NCBI GenBank assembly: GCA_963771355.1 | Contig: CAVYTA010000005.1 | Span: 1-64,000 of the forward strand | Origin: an uncultured Candidatus Rokubacteria bacterium | Lineage (GTDB): Bacteria > Methylomirabilota > Methylomirabilia > Rokubacteriales > CSP1-6 | Reading direction: 5' to 3' | Length of the DNA: 64,000 nucleotides | Part shown: positions 32,605-42,507 of the stretch, in pieces | How the letters are laid out: every line of letters begins with the position of its first letter | Numbering within the stretch: position 1 is the stretch's first letter | Notes under the pieces: generated by a model | Told to the model about the DNA's origin: nothing | Database searches by the model: none | Seen by the model: the letters and a program-made list of their open reading frames with translations, nothing else | Program-made: the position numbers and the translations under genes

Positions 32605-33495
32605 TCATGTCCCCCGGCCCCAGAGCCCGCAATAGCGGCGCAGCACGTACGGCAAATTGTTTTCGTATCCAGGCCAGCTCGCGTACTTCGGCAGCTTGAG
32701 CTCTTTCTCGACTCCGTCCCAGCACTTGCCGGCGTGGGCCTCGGCTTTGACGGCGGCGGAGGCGTCCTGCAGGAATGTCAGGAAGTTTTGGACGTCCTCC
32801 TTGGTGCCGAGCCGCCCGCCGGGTCCAGGATGGCCGGGGATCAGCCGGTCCCATTCCATCGCCATGACCTTCTTCAGCGAGTCTTCCCATTCCATCGGAT
32901 ACGAGTCGATCATGCCGCGCCCCGGAAACGAGCCCACCGGAATGAAGTCGACGGCGAAGAGCAGCTTTTCCTTCGGTAGCCGCATGACGATGGAGCTGTC
33001 GGAATGGTTGAGGCCGAGGTAGGTCAGCTCCAGGCGAGTCTCCCCGAGCTTGAGCGTCTTGTCCTTGCGGAACGAGTCGTCGGGCAGGACCGTGTGCGGG
33101 TCCTTCAGCACCTCGAGGCGCTCCTTGGCGCGCTTGTGCGCGACGAAGGTGGCGCCGGCGTCCTTGAAGGGCTTGCCGCCCGCGATGTGGTCGAGGTGGT
33201 GATGGCTGTAGATGACGTACTTGATGGGCTGGTTCGTGACCTTGCGGATCTCGTCGACGTAGGTCGTGACCGCCTGCGGGCGGCCGTAGCCGATGGGGTC
33301 GGTGGCGATCACGCCCTCGGAGGTGACCACGAACATCGACTGGGCGTTGCCGTAGCGGAAGATGTAGACGTTGTCGGTGCCGTCGACCTTGGTGGTCGCG
33401 AACGGCGGCGGTGTCGGCTGCTGCGCCTGGGCGGTCACGAAGAGGCAGGCGGCGGCCAGGGCAGCGCTTACAAGAGCGTAGGACATGCGTGCCAT
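32605..33495 (-). CDS. Secreted MBL-fold metallo-hydrolase
   Basis: Signal peptide; 'YSHHHLDH', 'NHSD', 'IPGH'. Confidence 0.88.
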   Translation of the reverse strand: MARMSYALVSAALAAACLFVTAQAQQPTPPPFATTKVDGTDNVYIFRYGNAQSMFVVTSEGVIATDPIGYGRPQAVTTYVDEIRKVTNQPIKYVIYSHHHLDHIAGGKPFKDAGATFVAHKRAKERLEVLKDPHTVLPDDSFRKDKTLKLGETRLELTYLGLNHSDSSIVMRLPKEKLLFAVDFIPVGSFPGRGMIDSYPMEWEDSLKKVMAMEWDRLIPGHPGPGGRLGTKEDVQNFLTFLQDASAAVKAEAHAGKCWDGVEKELKLPKYASWPGYENNLPYVLRRYCGLWGRGT

Positions 33496-33552
33496 CGATG
33501 GCTCCTTTCGACGAGTGGGCCAGAGGATCGCGCAGAATTTCATGGCGGCCGC

Positions 33553-35205
33553 TCAGGCCGCGACCTTCATACGGCAGAAGCAGGAGGCCTTCACCGGCAC
33601 CTCTGACCTTGCCAGCGCCAGGTCGAGACGCTGCTTGATCAGGGCGGCCTCGACCGTCTCGCCACGCCGGGTCAGGCATTCGTGCAGCCCGTGCAGGCTC
33701 CAGAGATTGTCGGGATGCTGGCAGGCCCGGCTGAGCTTGCCGTCGAGGCCGAGATCCGAACGGTAGATCGCCTCGGCCTCGGCGACCTGGCCCTGTTCCA
33801 GCAACAGCGCGCCGAGCGCGTGCCGGGTCGGCTGCATCCAGCCCCACGGCTCATCGTAGGGCAGCGCGTCGTCAAGCTCGACCGAGCGCCGCAGATGGGT
33901 GAAGGCGACCTCGTAGTTGCCGCGCCGGTACTCCAGCTCGCCGTTCAGCATCTCCTCGGCCACTGCCAGCAGGTCCCGGACGGTGTTGTTGTGCACCAGC
34001 CGACTCTCCGGCACCCGCCGCTTCGCCTCGATGAACGCTGCCTTGGCCGCCTCGGCCTGGGCGATGTGGCCCAGCGCCGAATGGGCCACCGCCTGGGCGT
34101 AGAGCATCATCGCGGTGGTCGAGCAGTAGAGCTCCCGGTCACGGGGCAGGTCCTGGGCGATGATCTCGTGCCACTTGCCGAAGCGCACCAGCACGTGCTG
34201 CTTCATCGGCAGGTAGCCTTCGACGAAATCGGCCATCGGCGGTGAGGGAATGCGCAGGAGCTCCTCGGGCGTGGTGTCGATTAGCTCCTGCGCCGCCTCC
34301 ATGGCCGGCCCGTACTGGCCGAGGAACATGGCCCCGTAGACCGCGAAATGGTAGTCGTGGGTGCGGTAGAGCGCGTAGACGTTCAGCGCCCCCTCTCGGG
34401 CCAGGAACTTGCGGTCGACGGCGATCGCCTTCTGGTTGTAGACCAGCACGTCGCGGTAGTGGCCGCAGAGCACGTCGATGTGGGTCGGCATGTGGATCAG
34501 GTGCCCGGCATCCGGCACCAGATCGCGCAGCCGGTCGCCCGCCCGCAGCGCGCGCTGCGGGAAGGGCGACATCTCCATCAGGTGGACGTAGAGATGGAGA
34601 AGCCCCGGGTGGTTCCACGAGGCGGGGATGTCGCGGAAGGCGCCCTCCAGCACCTCGACCGCTTCCGCCGTGCCGGCGCCCTCGGCGATGCCTCCGGTCT
34701 TGAGGTCCCACATCTTCCAGGGCGTGAGGTTCAAGATCGACTCGGTGAAGACCTCGCGCACCTCGAGGTCGTCGCGATGGGCGCGGAACACCTCGCGCAT
34801 GGCATCCGCATAGGCGGCATCCCACGGCGATTGGTCTTCGATACTCTCGCGCTGCGGATAGCGCGCGGGCAGGGCGCGGATCAGCGCCTGCTCGACCGGG
34901 CTGGCGCTGCCCGCATGGGTCAGGGCGTTCTGCATCGCGTCATAGGCGGCGGCAAGCGCAGCGGCCTTGCCGGCCGGATCGTAACGGTGCCAGGGCAGGT
35001 TGTAGTTCGGCCCGGCGGCGTAGGAGATACCCCAATAGGCCATGGCGCAGCCGGGGTCGAACTCCAGCACCTTCTGGAAGCAGGCGATCGCCTCACCGTG
35101 GTTGAAGCCGTAGAGCCAGTTGAGGCCCCGGTCGAACCAGAGCTGGGCGTCGGGTACGGAGGTGGTGACCTTGCGGGTGTACGGGCCGAGGTCGTAGTAG
35201 TCCAT
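33553..35205 (-). CDS. Conserved TPR-containing protein
   Basis: 'AQLWFDRGL...GFNHGEA', 'HPGLLHLYVH', 'GHLIHMPTHI', 'YDEPWGW'. Confidence 0.85.
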   Translation of the reverse strand: MDYYDLGPYTRKVTTSVPDAQLWFDRGLNWLYGFNHGEAIACFQKVLEFDPGCAMAYWGISYAAGPNYNLPWHRYDPAGKAAALAAAYDAMQNALTHAGSASPVEQALIRALPARYPQRESIEDQSPWDAAYADAMREVFRAHRDDLEVREVFTESILNLTPWKMWDLKTGGIAEGAGTAEAVEVLEGAFRDIPASWNHPGLLHLYVHLMEMSPFPQRALRAGDRLRDLVPDAGHLIHMPTHIDVLCGHYRDVLVYNQKAIAVDRKFLAREGALNVYALYRTHDYHFAVYGAMFLGQYGPAMEAAQELIDTTPEELLRIPSPPMADFVEGYLPMKQHVLVRFGKWHEIIAQDLPRDRELYCSTTAMMLYAQAVAHSALGHIAQAEAAKAAFIEAKRRVPESRLVHNNTVRDLLAVAEEMLNGELEYRRGNYEVAFTHLRRSVELDDALPYDEPWGWMQPTRHALGALLLEQGQVAEAEAIYRSDLGLDGKLSRACQHPDNLWSLHGLHECLTRRGETVEAALIKQRLDLALARSEVPVKASCFCRMKVAA

Positions 35206-35349
35206 CTGATCCTCCATTGCGGCGGGATGGCGCCGACGGGGGCGTTCCGGTCCGGCCGATTATGCCACGGGGACGGCGGCACGCGTGCCGCGCGACCGCA
35301 GCTGGAGGCAGGTAGTTCCGTGGCGGGGCCGAAGAGCTGTGGCCGCCTC

Positions 35350-35727
35350 CTATTTCTTGATAGCGAAGTCCGCCTGGGCAAAAATCTGACGGATCTCGAT
35401 CACGTCGCCTTCGTCGGCGGGGCACCGTTGCGCCCATTTCACGAGCTCTTCTTTTGAGCTGGCCTCCACCATCCAATAACCGCCCAGCACTTCTTTCGTC
35501 TCGATGAATGGCCCATCGGTCACCATCGGCTTCCCTTTGCCGAACGAAACGCGCGCGCCGGTGTTGAGCGGATGAAGGCCGTTCAGCGAGAGGATTTTGA
35601 CGGCCTTGCCCAACTCCTCATTGAAGCGGGCCATCTCCTCAACTTTCTTTGGGTCGGGCACAAAGCCGGGGTCCAACTTCTTGTTGTCTCGATAAACATT
35701 CGGGATCATCAGCATCATGAATTGCAT
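35350..35727 (-). CDS. YciI/DGPF domain protein
   Basis: 'VTDGPFIETKEVLGGYW', 'IEIRQ'. Confidence 0.92.
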   Translation of the reverse strand: MQFMMLMIPNVYRDNKKLDPGFVPDPKKVEEMARFNEELGKAVKILSLNGLHPLNTGARVSFGKGKPMVTDGPFIETKEVLGGYWMVEASSKEELVKWAQRCPADEGDVIEIRQIFAQADFAIKK

Positions 35728-35764
35728 GGGTCTTCTCCTTGGATCTTAGTTTGGTCCTTCACCC

Positions 35765-35794
35765 TTAGTCGTTTGGCAGCCCCCAGATTCGACA
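35765..35794 (-). promoter_or_regulatory. ECF42-type promoter TGTCGA-N17-CGACTAA upstream of the DGPF gene
   Basis: Reverse complement reads TGTCGA atctgggggctgccaaa CGACTAA. Confidence 0.75.
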
Positions 35795-35815
35795 CACATC
35801 CAAACTATGTATTTT

Positions 35816-36709
35816 CTAATAGAGGATGGGCCCCGAGGGGAGGTAGAGCTCAGGCCGGCCGAACGGCCGCGAGGCGAGGAAGATCGCGAGCTCGCCGATT
35901 CGGAAGCCGCAGCCGACCAGCGCCTCGAGCAGGGAAGCGCAGGCGCCGGGGACGCGCATCGTCACGTTTCCCCCGCCGCCCGCGTTTGCGGCCGCCGCCA
36001 CCGCCTGGAGGAGTGCCGTCTCGTCGCGTCCCGCCGCCGGCCCGATCCGCTCCCCCCGCCGATAGGCGAAGGCGGTGAGCATGCCGCCGCGCTCGATCGC
36101 CACCGCCGCGCTGGTGTCGCTCCGCCAGTGGGCCAGGTCGTCGGCGCGCCCGTGGCCGAAGACCTCGGCGGTCAGCTTCTCGGCGGCGCCGGGATCGCAC
36201 GGCAACTCCCGCTCCCGCGCGTCGAGCCGGACCCGCGCCCTGAGCCGTGCCACCGCCGCGGCATCCCCCTCCAGGCGGTAGATCGGCCAGCGCGGCGCCA
36301 TCCCGGCCATCACGTAGCGGGCCTGGGCGCGCGGGTCGAGCGTGGCCCAGGTGCAGCGCACCTCCGCACCGCGCTCCTCACCGTAGGCCAAGGCCCGCTG
36401 GAGCAAGGCCCGCCCCAGGCCTCGCCCCTGGTTGCCGGGAAGCACGAAGAACATGGACAGGTACCACACTCGGCCGCGGACCAGGGCCGAGACCATGCCA
36501 TGGATCCGCCCCTCCTCGACGGCGCAGAAGTAGCCGTCGGGGTCGCTGGCCAGTCCCGCCCGGGCATCGCTCGCCACCGGGGCGTCGGCCGGCCTCGCCG
36601 CCGGCCGGCCTCTGCGCACCTGGAGGTCGTTGCTCGAGGCGACGTGCACCCGCCAGACCTCCTCGAGCTCGTCCGGCCGGACCTTGCGAATATGCGGCTC
36701 GCCGCTCAC
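35816..36709 (-). CDS. GNAT family acetyltransferase
   Basis: Motif A 'FFVLPGNQGRGLGRALL'. Confidence 0.85.
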   Translation of the reverse strand: MSGEPHIRKVRPDELEEVWRVHVASSNDLQVRRGRPAARPADAPVASDARAGLASDPDGYFCAVEEGRIHGMVSALVRGRVWYLSMFFVLPGNQGRGLGRALLQRALAYGEERGAEVRCTWATLDPRAQARYVMAGMAPRWPIYRLEGDAAAVARLRARVRLDARERELPCDPGAAEKLTAEVFGHGRADDLAHWRSDTSAAVAIERGGMLTAFAYRRGERIGPAAGRDETALLQAVAAAANAGGGGNVTMRVPGACASLLEALVGCGFRIGELAIFLASRPFGRPELYLPSGPILY

Positions 36710-36845
36710 GGGCGCATCATAGCAACGCCCGCCCGCCTGCGCGGCGGACCGCTCGCGCGCCGGCGGCGCAGGGTCGTCGCGCCGGGGATTGCCGGCCGCG
36801 AGGCCGTCGCGTACGAGCCTCTTCTTTCCGGCGCGCCGCGATCGA

Positions 36846-38024
36846 CTAGACCTCGGCGGTGCGGCGGCCGCTCGGGGTGAGGAGAAGGCGCCCGCCGACG
36901 ACGAGTGCCAGCCCGCCCACCGCGGTCACGAAGATCCGCGCATTCTCCTCGCCCAGAAGACCGCTCGCGAACGGGCCGACGAACATCGCGGCGTCGACGC
37001 CGACGCGGTATAGGCCCATCCGCCACGCCAGGTGCTCGGCGCGCGTGTGCTCGCGGATCACGCCGACCGGCAGCATCCAGCCCGCGAGGCCAAACCCGAA
37101 GCACGCGCAGCCCGCCACGAACCACGGGAACGACCCCAGGCCGACCGCGGCCGTGCCCAGCCCGAGCACCACGATGACGAAGCCGAGGACGGGCGTGCGC
37201 CCCAGGCCGTCGGCGAGCCGGCCCACCGGCAGCAGCGCGACGAGGTCCACGAGCTGGGCAAGCATGAGCAGGCCCGAGACGCCACCCCGGTCGAGGCCGA
37301 ACTCGCGCGTCCCCCGGAGCGGCAGGAGGAACTGGCTGACCGCGGACCACGCCAGGGCGAGGACGATGCCCGCCGCGAACATCGTCCACAGCGCCACCGA
37401 CATCCGATCCCCGCGGCCCGCGTCCGATGTGCGCGCCGCGCGCGTCTCCGGTGCCCTCGAGGCGTCGGGGAAGCGCCGGCGGATGCTCGGCACCGCGGCG
37501 AGGATCAGGAGCAGGGGCGCCGAGGCGATCAGCAGCGAGAGGCTCCAGCCCCAGTGGCCGGGGAGCAGCCCGACGAGGCCGAGTCCGCCGAGGACGCCGA
37601 TCATCGCGGAGAACTCGAAGATGTTCAGGCGCACGGAGGCCCCGGGCCCTCGGTCATCGAGTAGTAGCGCGATGAGCCCACTCACGGTACCGAGGGTGTA
37701 CGCGAAGCCCAGGATCAGCCGCCCGAGCACCAGCACGGGGAACGACGAGGATGCAGCCAGCAACACGGTGCCGGCGAGCATGAGTGCGGGGGCCACGCAG
37801 AGTGTGGTGCCGAGGTAGCGGCCGGCCAGCCAGCCGGCAGGGATCGCGGCGGCCATGCGGGCGAAGCCCAGCGCCCCGGCCACGACGCCGAGCTGCCAGT
37901 CGGCCAGCGCGCCGGCGCGGCCGATCTCGGGCAGCAGCGGGCTGAAGGCGCCCATCGAGAAGCAGCTGCAGAGGCTGATGAAGCAGAGCAGCGCGGTGCT
38001 GCTCAAGGCGAGAACGGTCATCAA
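36846..38024 (-). CDS. MFS transporter
   Basis: About 12 hydrophobic segments; 'GRLADGLGR'. Confidence 0.85.
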   Translation of the reverse strand: MMTVLALSSTALLCFISLCSCFSMGAFSPLLPEIGRAGALADWQLGVVAGALGFARMAAAIPAGWLAGRYLGTTLCVAPALMLAGTVLLAASSSFPVLVLGRLILGFAYTLGTVSGLIALLLDDRGPGASVRLNIFEFSAMIGVLGGLGLVGLLPGHWGWSLSLLIASAPLLLILAAVPSIRRRFPDASRAPETRAARTSDAGRGDRMSVALWTMFAAGIVLALAWSAVSQFLLPLRGTREFGLDRGGVSGLLMLAQLVDLVALLPVGRLADGLGRTPVLGFVIVVLGLGTAAVGLGSFPWFVAGCACFGFGLAGWMLPVGVIREHTRAEHLAWRMGLYRVGVDAAMFVGPFASGLLGEENARIFVTAVGGLALVVGGRLLLTPSGRRTAEV

Positions 38025-38328
38025 CTGCGATCGTGCACCGGCGACCGCGGGGCAGTCAAGACGCGGCCGTCTGCAACATCCTAGGACTGCGCCAAATCAG
38101 TCTGGCGGCCGCGATCAGGCGTAGCGCCTGGGTCGGCGGTTGCACACGCGATCGTGTCCACCATCTCCACCCGCTCGCCACTGGCTCTCGATGTGGTCGA
38201 GCCACCGTCCCTGGGGATGCCACTAACGGAACTGCTCGAGTAGAATCAAGACGCCCGCGCCCGTGTGTCACCTGACGGCGCGTCCAGGGTGGGATAAGGT
38301 AGCGCGAAAAAAGGAGGAGATCACGATT

Positions 38329-38784
38329 ATGTCGGAGTACATACCCAGCCCAAGGCAGTGGGTGCGTGACCAGGTGCAGCTCTACGAGGGGAGTGGTGGG
38401 ACCGAAGGCACTACCCTCCGCGAGACGGGGCTGCCGGTGATCATCGTGACGCACACCGGAAACAAGACGGGCGCGATTCGCAAGACTCCGCTGATGCGCG
38501 TCACGGACGGCGCCAACTACGTCCTCGTCGGCTCGGTGGGAGGAGCGCCGGCACACCCGGTCTGGGTATACAACCTGCGCTCCAACCCCGCGGTCGAGAT
38601 CCGCGACCATACCGTGGTCCAGGCCATGCGGGTCCGCGAGGTGGACGAGGAGCACGAGCGGGCGCGGCTGTGGAAGCTCGCCGTCTCGGCGTATCCACCT
38701 TACGCGGACTACCAGGCGCGCACCACACGTCGAATCCCGGTCTTCATTGCGGAGCCGCAAGACCAAGGGAGCCGAAGAGCCTGA
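38329..38784 (+). CDS. Deazaflavin (F420)-dependent nitroreductase family (DDN-like)
   Basis: 'TGNKTGAIRKTPL', 'GGAPAHPVWVYNLRSNP', 'YQARTTRRIPVF'. Confidence 0.9.
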   Translation: MSEYIPSPRQWVRDQVQLYEGSGGTEGTTLRETGLPVIIVTHTGNKTGAIRKTPLMRVTDGANYVLVGSVGGAPAHPVWVYNLRSNPAVEIRDHTVVQAMRVREVDEEHERARLWKLAVSAYPPYADYQARTTRRIPVFIAEPQDQGSRRA

Positions 38785-38890
38785 GACGCGGGCCGTACAC
38801 GTCGTCCTCGGTCGACGGAAAGTGGATCACGCTCTGAGCCTATCGGCCCTGTTCACGGACCCGGTGTGACCGGAGACGTGATCGTCGCGA

Positions 38891-39433
38891 TCAGTCCTGA
38901 CGAGCGGCCAGGATGGTGAGTGAGACCTGCACGCGCTCGCCGAGGTACGCGGCGCCCGTGTCCATGGCCGCGTTCCAGGTCACCCCGAAGTCGCGCCGGT
39001 CGATCGCCGTCTCCGCCCGGAAGGCCGCGGCGATCTTGCCGCTGAACGGGTGCTTGGCCTGGCCGAGATAGCGCGTGTCCAGGACCACCGGCTGCGTCAC
39101 GCCGTGAATGGTGAGGTCACCCGTCACCTTCCAGTGCGCCGGCTCGAGAGCCTCGACTCGGGTGCTCCTGAACGTGATCGTCGGATGGTCCCTGCCGCCG
39201 AGCAGGTCGGCGTCCATGAGCCGGCTCATGAGGCGATCGTTGGTCACGTCCACGCTGGCCACCGGAATCGAGGCGTTGACCGACGACCCGGCAGGCCGGG
39301 CCGCATCGAACTCGAGCGATCCCTCGAGCGCGCGAAAGCTCGTGCGGTAGGTCGAGAACCCCATGTAGTCGAGCGAGAACTCGACGCTCGAGTGCACCGG
39401 ATCGATGGTCCATGTCGCAAACGTGGTCGCCAT
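38891..39433 (-). CDS. YceI family protein
   Basis: 'WTIDPVHSSVEF', 'GDLTIHGVT', 'IDRRDFG'. Confidence 0.92.
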   Translation of the reverse strand: MATTFATWTIDPVHSSVEFSLDYMGFSTYRTSFRALEGSLEFDAARPAGSSVNASIPVASVDVTNDRLMSRLMDADLLGGRDHPTITFRSTRVEALEPAHWKVTGDLTIHGVTQPVVLDTRYLGQAKHPFSGKIAAAFRAETAIDRRDFGVTWNAAMDTGAAYLGERVQVSLTILAARQD

Positions 39434-39483
39434 GGTGGCCCTCCTCGGGATGCCAATACTAGGCCCGTTGCGCGTCGATGAGG

Positions 39484-39758
39484 TGACCCGTCGTCATCGG
39501 CGGTATTGCTCGTCGCTGACCTTTTCCATCCACTCGCCGTTTTTGACCACCCCATTGCTGAGTCCAGCCGGGGCCAGCGGTCACGATCAACGTCTGACCC
39601 AGCGGGTGGGTGTGCCAAGCCGCCCGAGCGCCGAGCTCGAACGTAACGCGGCCGCCAGACACGCGTGACGGCGGGTTCGCGTTGAACAGGGGATCAATGC
39701 GTACGATGCAGAAACGAGCTGCGGGCGGGTTCTCTTGCTGGCACCGGGGGCACTGCAT
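39484..39758 (-). pseudogene. Chimeric remnant: zinc-ribbon N-terminus fused to an internally deleted cupin
   Basis: '[17 protein letters not shown]' + 'VRIDPLF...[23 protein letters not shown]' + shifted tail '[13 protein letters not shown]'. Confidence 0.7.
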
Positions 39759-39831
39759 ATTGGTCCTCCACTGATCGGGCCCGGCAGTTTGCCCCCGGGG
39801 CGAGAGTAGCCCGCGGGTCCGGAGGCCGTCA

Positions 39832-41288
39832 ACGCCCCCCTTCCTCTATTCTATAATGGGAGACCGTCACGATGAGTCGGAAGGAGGCTCCGCGAGCGGG
39901 CCTGGTCAAGGCCGCCCTGGCGGGACGCATCACGAATGCGCAAGGCGCCCAGGCCCTCGACGTGTCGCTCGCGGCAGTTTCGGCGACTCAAGGTCGCGCT
40001 ATCGGGAGGCGGGCGTCCGGGGCCTGGTCCATCGGCTGCGCGGGCGCCCCTCGCCGCGCACGGGGGACGTCGAGGTCGCGGGAACGGGTGTGCGAACTGG
40101 TCCAGACCACCTACCGCGATTTCAATGACTGCCACGCCACCGAGAAGCTCCGCGAGGTCGAGGGCCTGGTGGTCAGCCGCAGCACCGTCCGCCGACTCCG
40201 CCGCGGGCCTTGGCGTGGCCGCGAAGCGCCGCCGCCGCCCTCCGCAGCACCGCGCCCGCCGCCCCCGGCGGGCCGCCAGGCGGCAGCCCTCGTCCTCATC
40301 GACGGCAGCGCGTTCGATTGGCTGGGCACCGGCACGCCTCTGCTCCTGCTCGGCGCCATCGACGATGCCACGGGCACCGTCCTCGCCCTCCACTTCCGGC
40401 CCGCCGAGGATCTGCACGGCTATCTCACCCTGCTCCGCGGCCTCGCCGACGCACGCACGGCCTGCCGGTGAGCCTGTACGGCGATCGCCTCGGCGTCTTC
40501 GTCCGCAATGACGCGCACTGGAGCCTCGAGGAGGAACTGCAGGGCGCGCAGCACCCCACCCAGTTCGGCCAGGTGCTCCGGGAGCTCGGCATCGGCTATA
40601 TCGCCGCGCACTCGCCGCAGGCCAAGGGCCGCATCGAACGGCTCTGGGCCACCCTGCAGGATCGCCTCGTCGCCGAACTGCGCCTGCGTGGCCTCCACAC
40701 CGTCGCGGCCGCCGAGGCCTATCCTGCCCGACCTATCTCGTCGACCACAACCGCCGCTTCGCCCAGCCCGCCGGCCGTGGCCGACCCCGCGTGGCGCCGC
40801 CCCCCGCGCGATCTCGCCGATCGTCTCAGCTGCCGCTACCCCCGGCGCGTCGCATGTGACAACACCGTCCGGCTCGGGGCGCGCGTCGTCCAGATCCCCC
40901 GCGGGCCGCACGGCCGCTCGTACGCCGGCTGCCGCGTGACCCTGCACGAATGCCTCGACGGGCGCCTGCTCGTCGACTACCAGGGCCGCCGCCTCGCCAC
41001 TGCGCCCGCGCCCGCGGCGCGACTTCGTCCTGGTCCCCCGCCGCCCACCCCGCCGCCGCGCCTCCCGGAGCCCCCTGCGCCCCGCCCCCCTGGGCCACGC
41101 GGCGCCGCTCGCGGCGCTCGCGGCGCTGGCCCAGCATCTGCGGCGCTCCGCCCGCCCACATCCCTGGCGGCATACCTTCTCCCGCCGCCAACGCGAGCGC
41201 CAACGCGACCTCACCCCGACCGGAGGGAGGACATTCTCACTGAACAGTTATGCGGACATTTCTACTGGACAGCGACACGCCCCCCTTC
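39832..41288 (+). mobile_element. IS element with DDE (rve-type, ISNCY/IS481-like) transposase, frameshifted, flanked by a 12-bp direct repeat
   Basis: Motifs 'IDGS.FDWL', 'AIDDATG', 'LYGDR', 'SPQAKGRIERLWATLQDRL'; ACGCCCCCCTTC at 39832-43 and 41277-88; subterminal repeats at 41229-47 and 41254-72. Confidence 0.88.
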
Positions 41289-41342
41289 GGGCAGTGCCGG
41301 GGTTCGATGCCATCGTCGTCAAGCTAGTCGATAAGGTCCCTC

Positions 41343-42251
41343 CTAGCAGAATGCCGGCGCCACGGCCTCGAGCTTTTCCCGCAGACCGGGGCCCAGCTTG
41401 CCCACCGTGGTCAGGAAATTCGGATGCGTGATCCCCGAGCCGATGAACGTCCAGCGGAGCGTCTTGAGCTGAGCGGCGCTGACCCGCTCCTTTTCTTCAA
41501 GGGTCAGGCGACGCCCCGTGGCCCGTTCCAGGCTGGCCAAGTCGAGCCGAGTCTGCTGCTGCATTCCGCCGTCGATGAAGCCGCCGAGCTCGAGGTACTC
41601 GTCCACCGCCTTGCCAATGTCGTCGGGCGCCATCTCCGCCGCCAGCTCGTCGACCATCAGTGTGTCGAATTTGGTGTGCTGGGCCTCTTCCAGCCAGTGG
41701 TGCTTCAGCAAGCTCTTGAACTGGGGGTCGAGATCCTGGTCGTCCCTGATGGATTCCAGGTAATGCCGTTGCACGAACCACTCGATGTGGAGCGTGAGCA
41801 GCGCCACCGCCAGTGGGCTGTGCGACAGCACCTCGGTCGCTATCGCCTCCGGGGGCCCGATCACCTCGCAGGGGTGGCCAAAGCCCGCGTCGAACTCCGC
41901 CCGGAATCGCTTGAAGAGCTGGATGTGTTTGGCTTCCTCGCTCGCGAACTGGATGAGCGCCCGCGTCCGGTAGTTGTCGCCGGCTAGGCGCGGCCTCGCG
42001 TGGTCCAGCACGAACGGCAGGATGAACTCCTCGACGAGCCCGAACATGACGAGGTAGCCCAGCCCCCGGATCTGATTCAAAGTCCGCTGCTCGCCGTTCG
42101 AGAGGAAGTCGAGCGCCCTTACACCGGCCAGCGACTCAGGCATGAAGGGCTTGGTGAAGTCGATCCGCTTGTCCCCTCCGATGATGTCCTCGATCTTCCA
42201 GTTGACCTTCTGGGCCGTGGCGAGCGTGCTTTCGTACGTGTAGGTGGCCAT
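41343..42251 (-). CDS. Ferritin-like diiron protein (AurF/CmlI-like ligand pattern)
   Basis: 'VEE', 'EEAKH', 'HIE...H', 'HWLEEAQH'. Confidence 0.8.
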   Translation of the reverse strand: MATYTYESTLATAQKVNWKIEDIIGGDKRIDFTKPFMPESLAGVRALDFLSNGEQRTLNQIRGLGYLVMFGLVEEFILPFVLDHARPRLAGDNYRTRALIQFASEEAKHIQLFKRFRAEFDAGFGHPCEVIGPPEAIATEVLSHSPLAVALLTLHIEWFVQRHYLESIRDDQDLDPQFKSLLKHHWLEEAQHTKFDTLMVDELAAEMAPDDIGKAVDEYLELGGFIDGGMQQQTRLDLASLERATGRRLTLEEKERVSAAQLKTLRWTFIGSGITHPNFLTTVGKLGPGLREKLEAVAPAFC

Positions 42252-42297
42252 TGCTACCTCCTGTGTGTGGTTCGTCGACCTCTCGAGCGAAGGCGGG

Positions 42298-42312
42298 GCA
42301 ACTAGCGTGCCA
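42298..42312 (-). promoter_or_regulatory. Sigma54 -24/-12 promoter
   Basis: Minus strand TGGCAC-GCTAG-TTGC, ending 46 nt upstream of ATG 42251. Confidence 0.8.
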
Positions 42313-42507
42313 CGGCGGCCAAGCGCGACATTTCGAGTCTTTATCCGAACGGCGAGACAACTGGGTGGCTGGAGAGTGGGCGAATGTCCTGCGGGCTTGT
42401 CCCGAGTCAGGGAAGACTGCCCTACGCCTCGCCCTTACCTGATTAGGTATGAAGTGGCTAGCCGCGACCGACATATCGGAGACGGATGCGCTATCCTTAC
42501 GCGCGCC

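Noticed and set aside
41229..41272. Two 19-bp repeats as a mini-CRISPR
   Set aside because: Only two units with a 6-bp gap, no cas genes, and located at an IS end.
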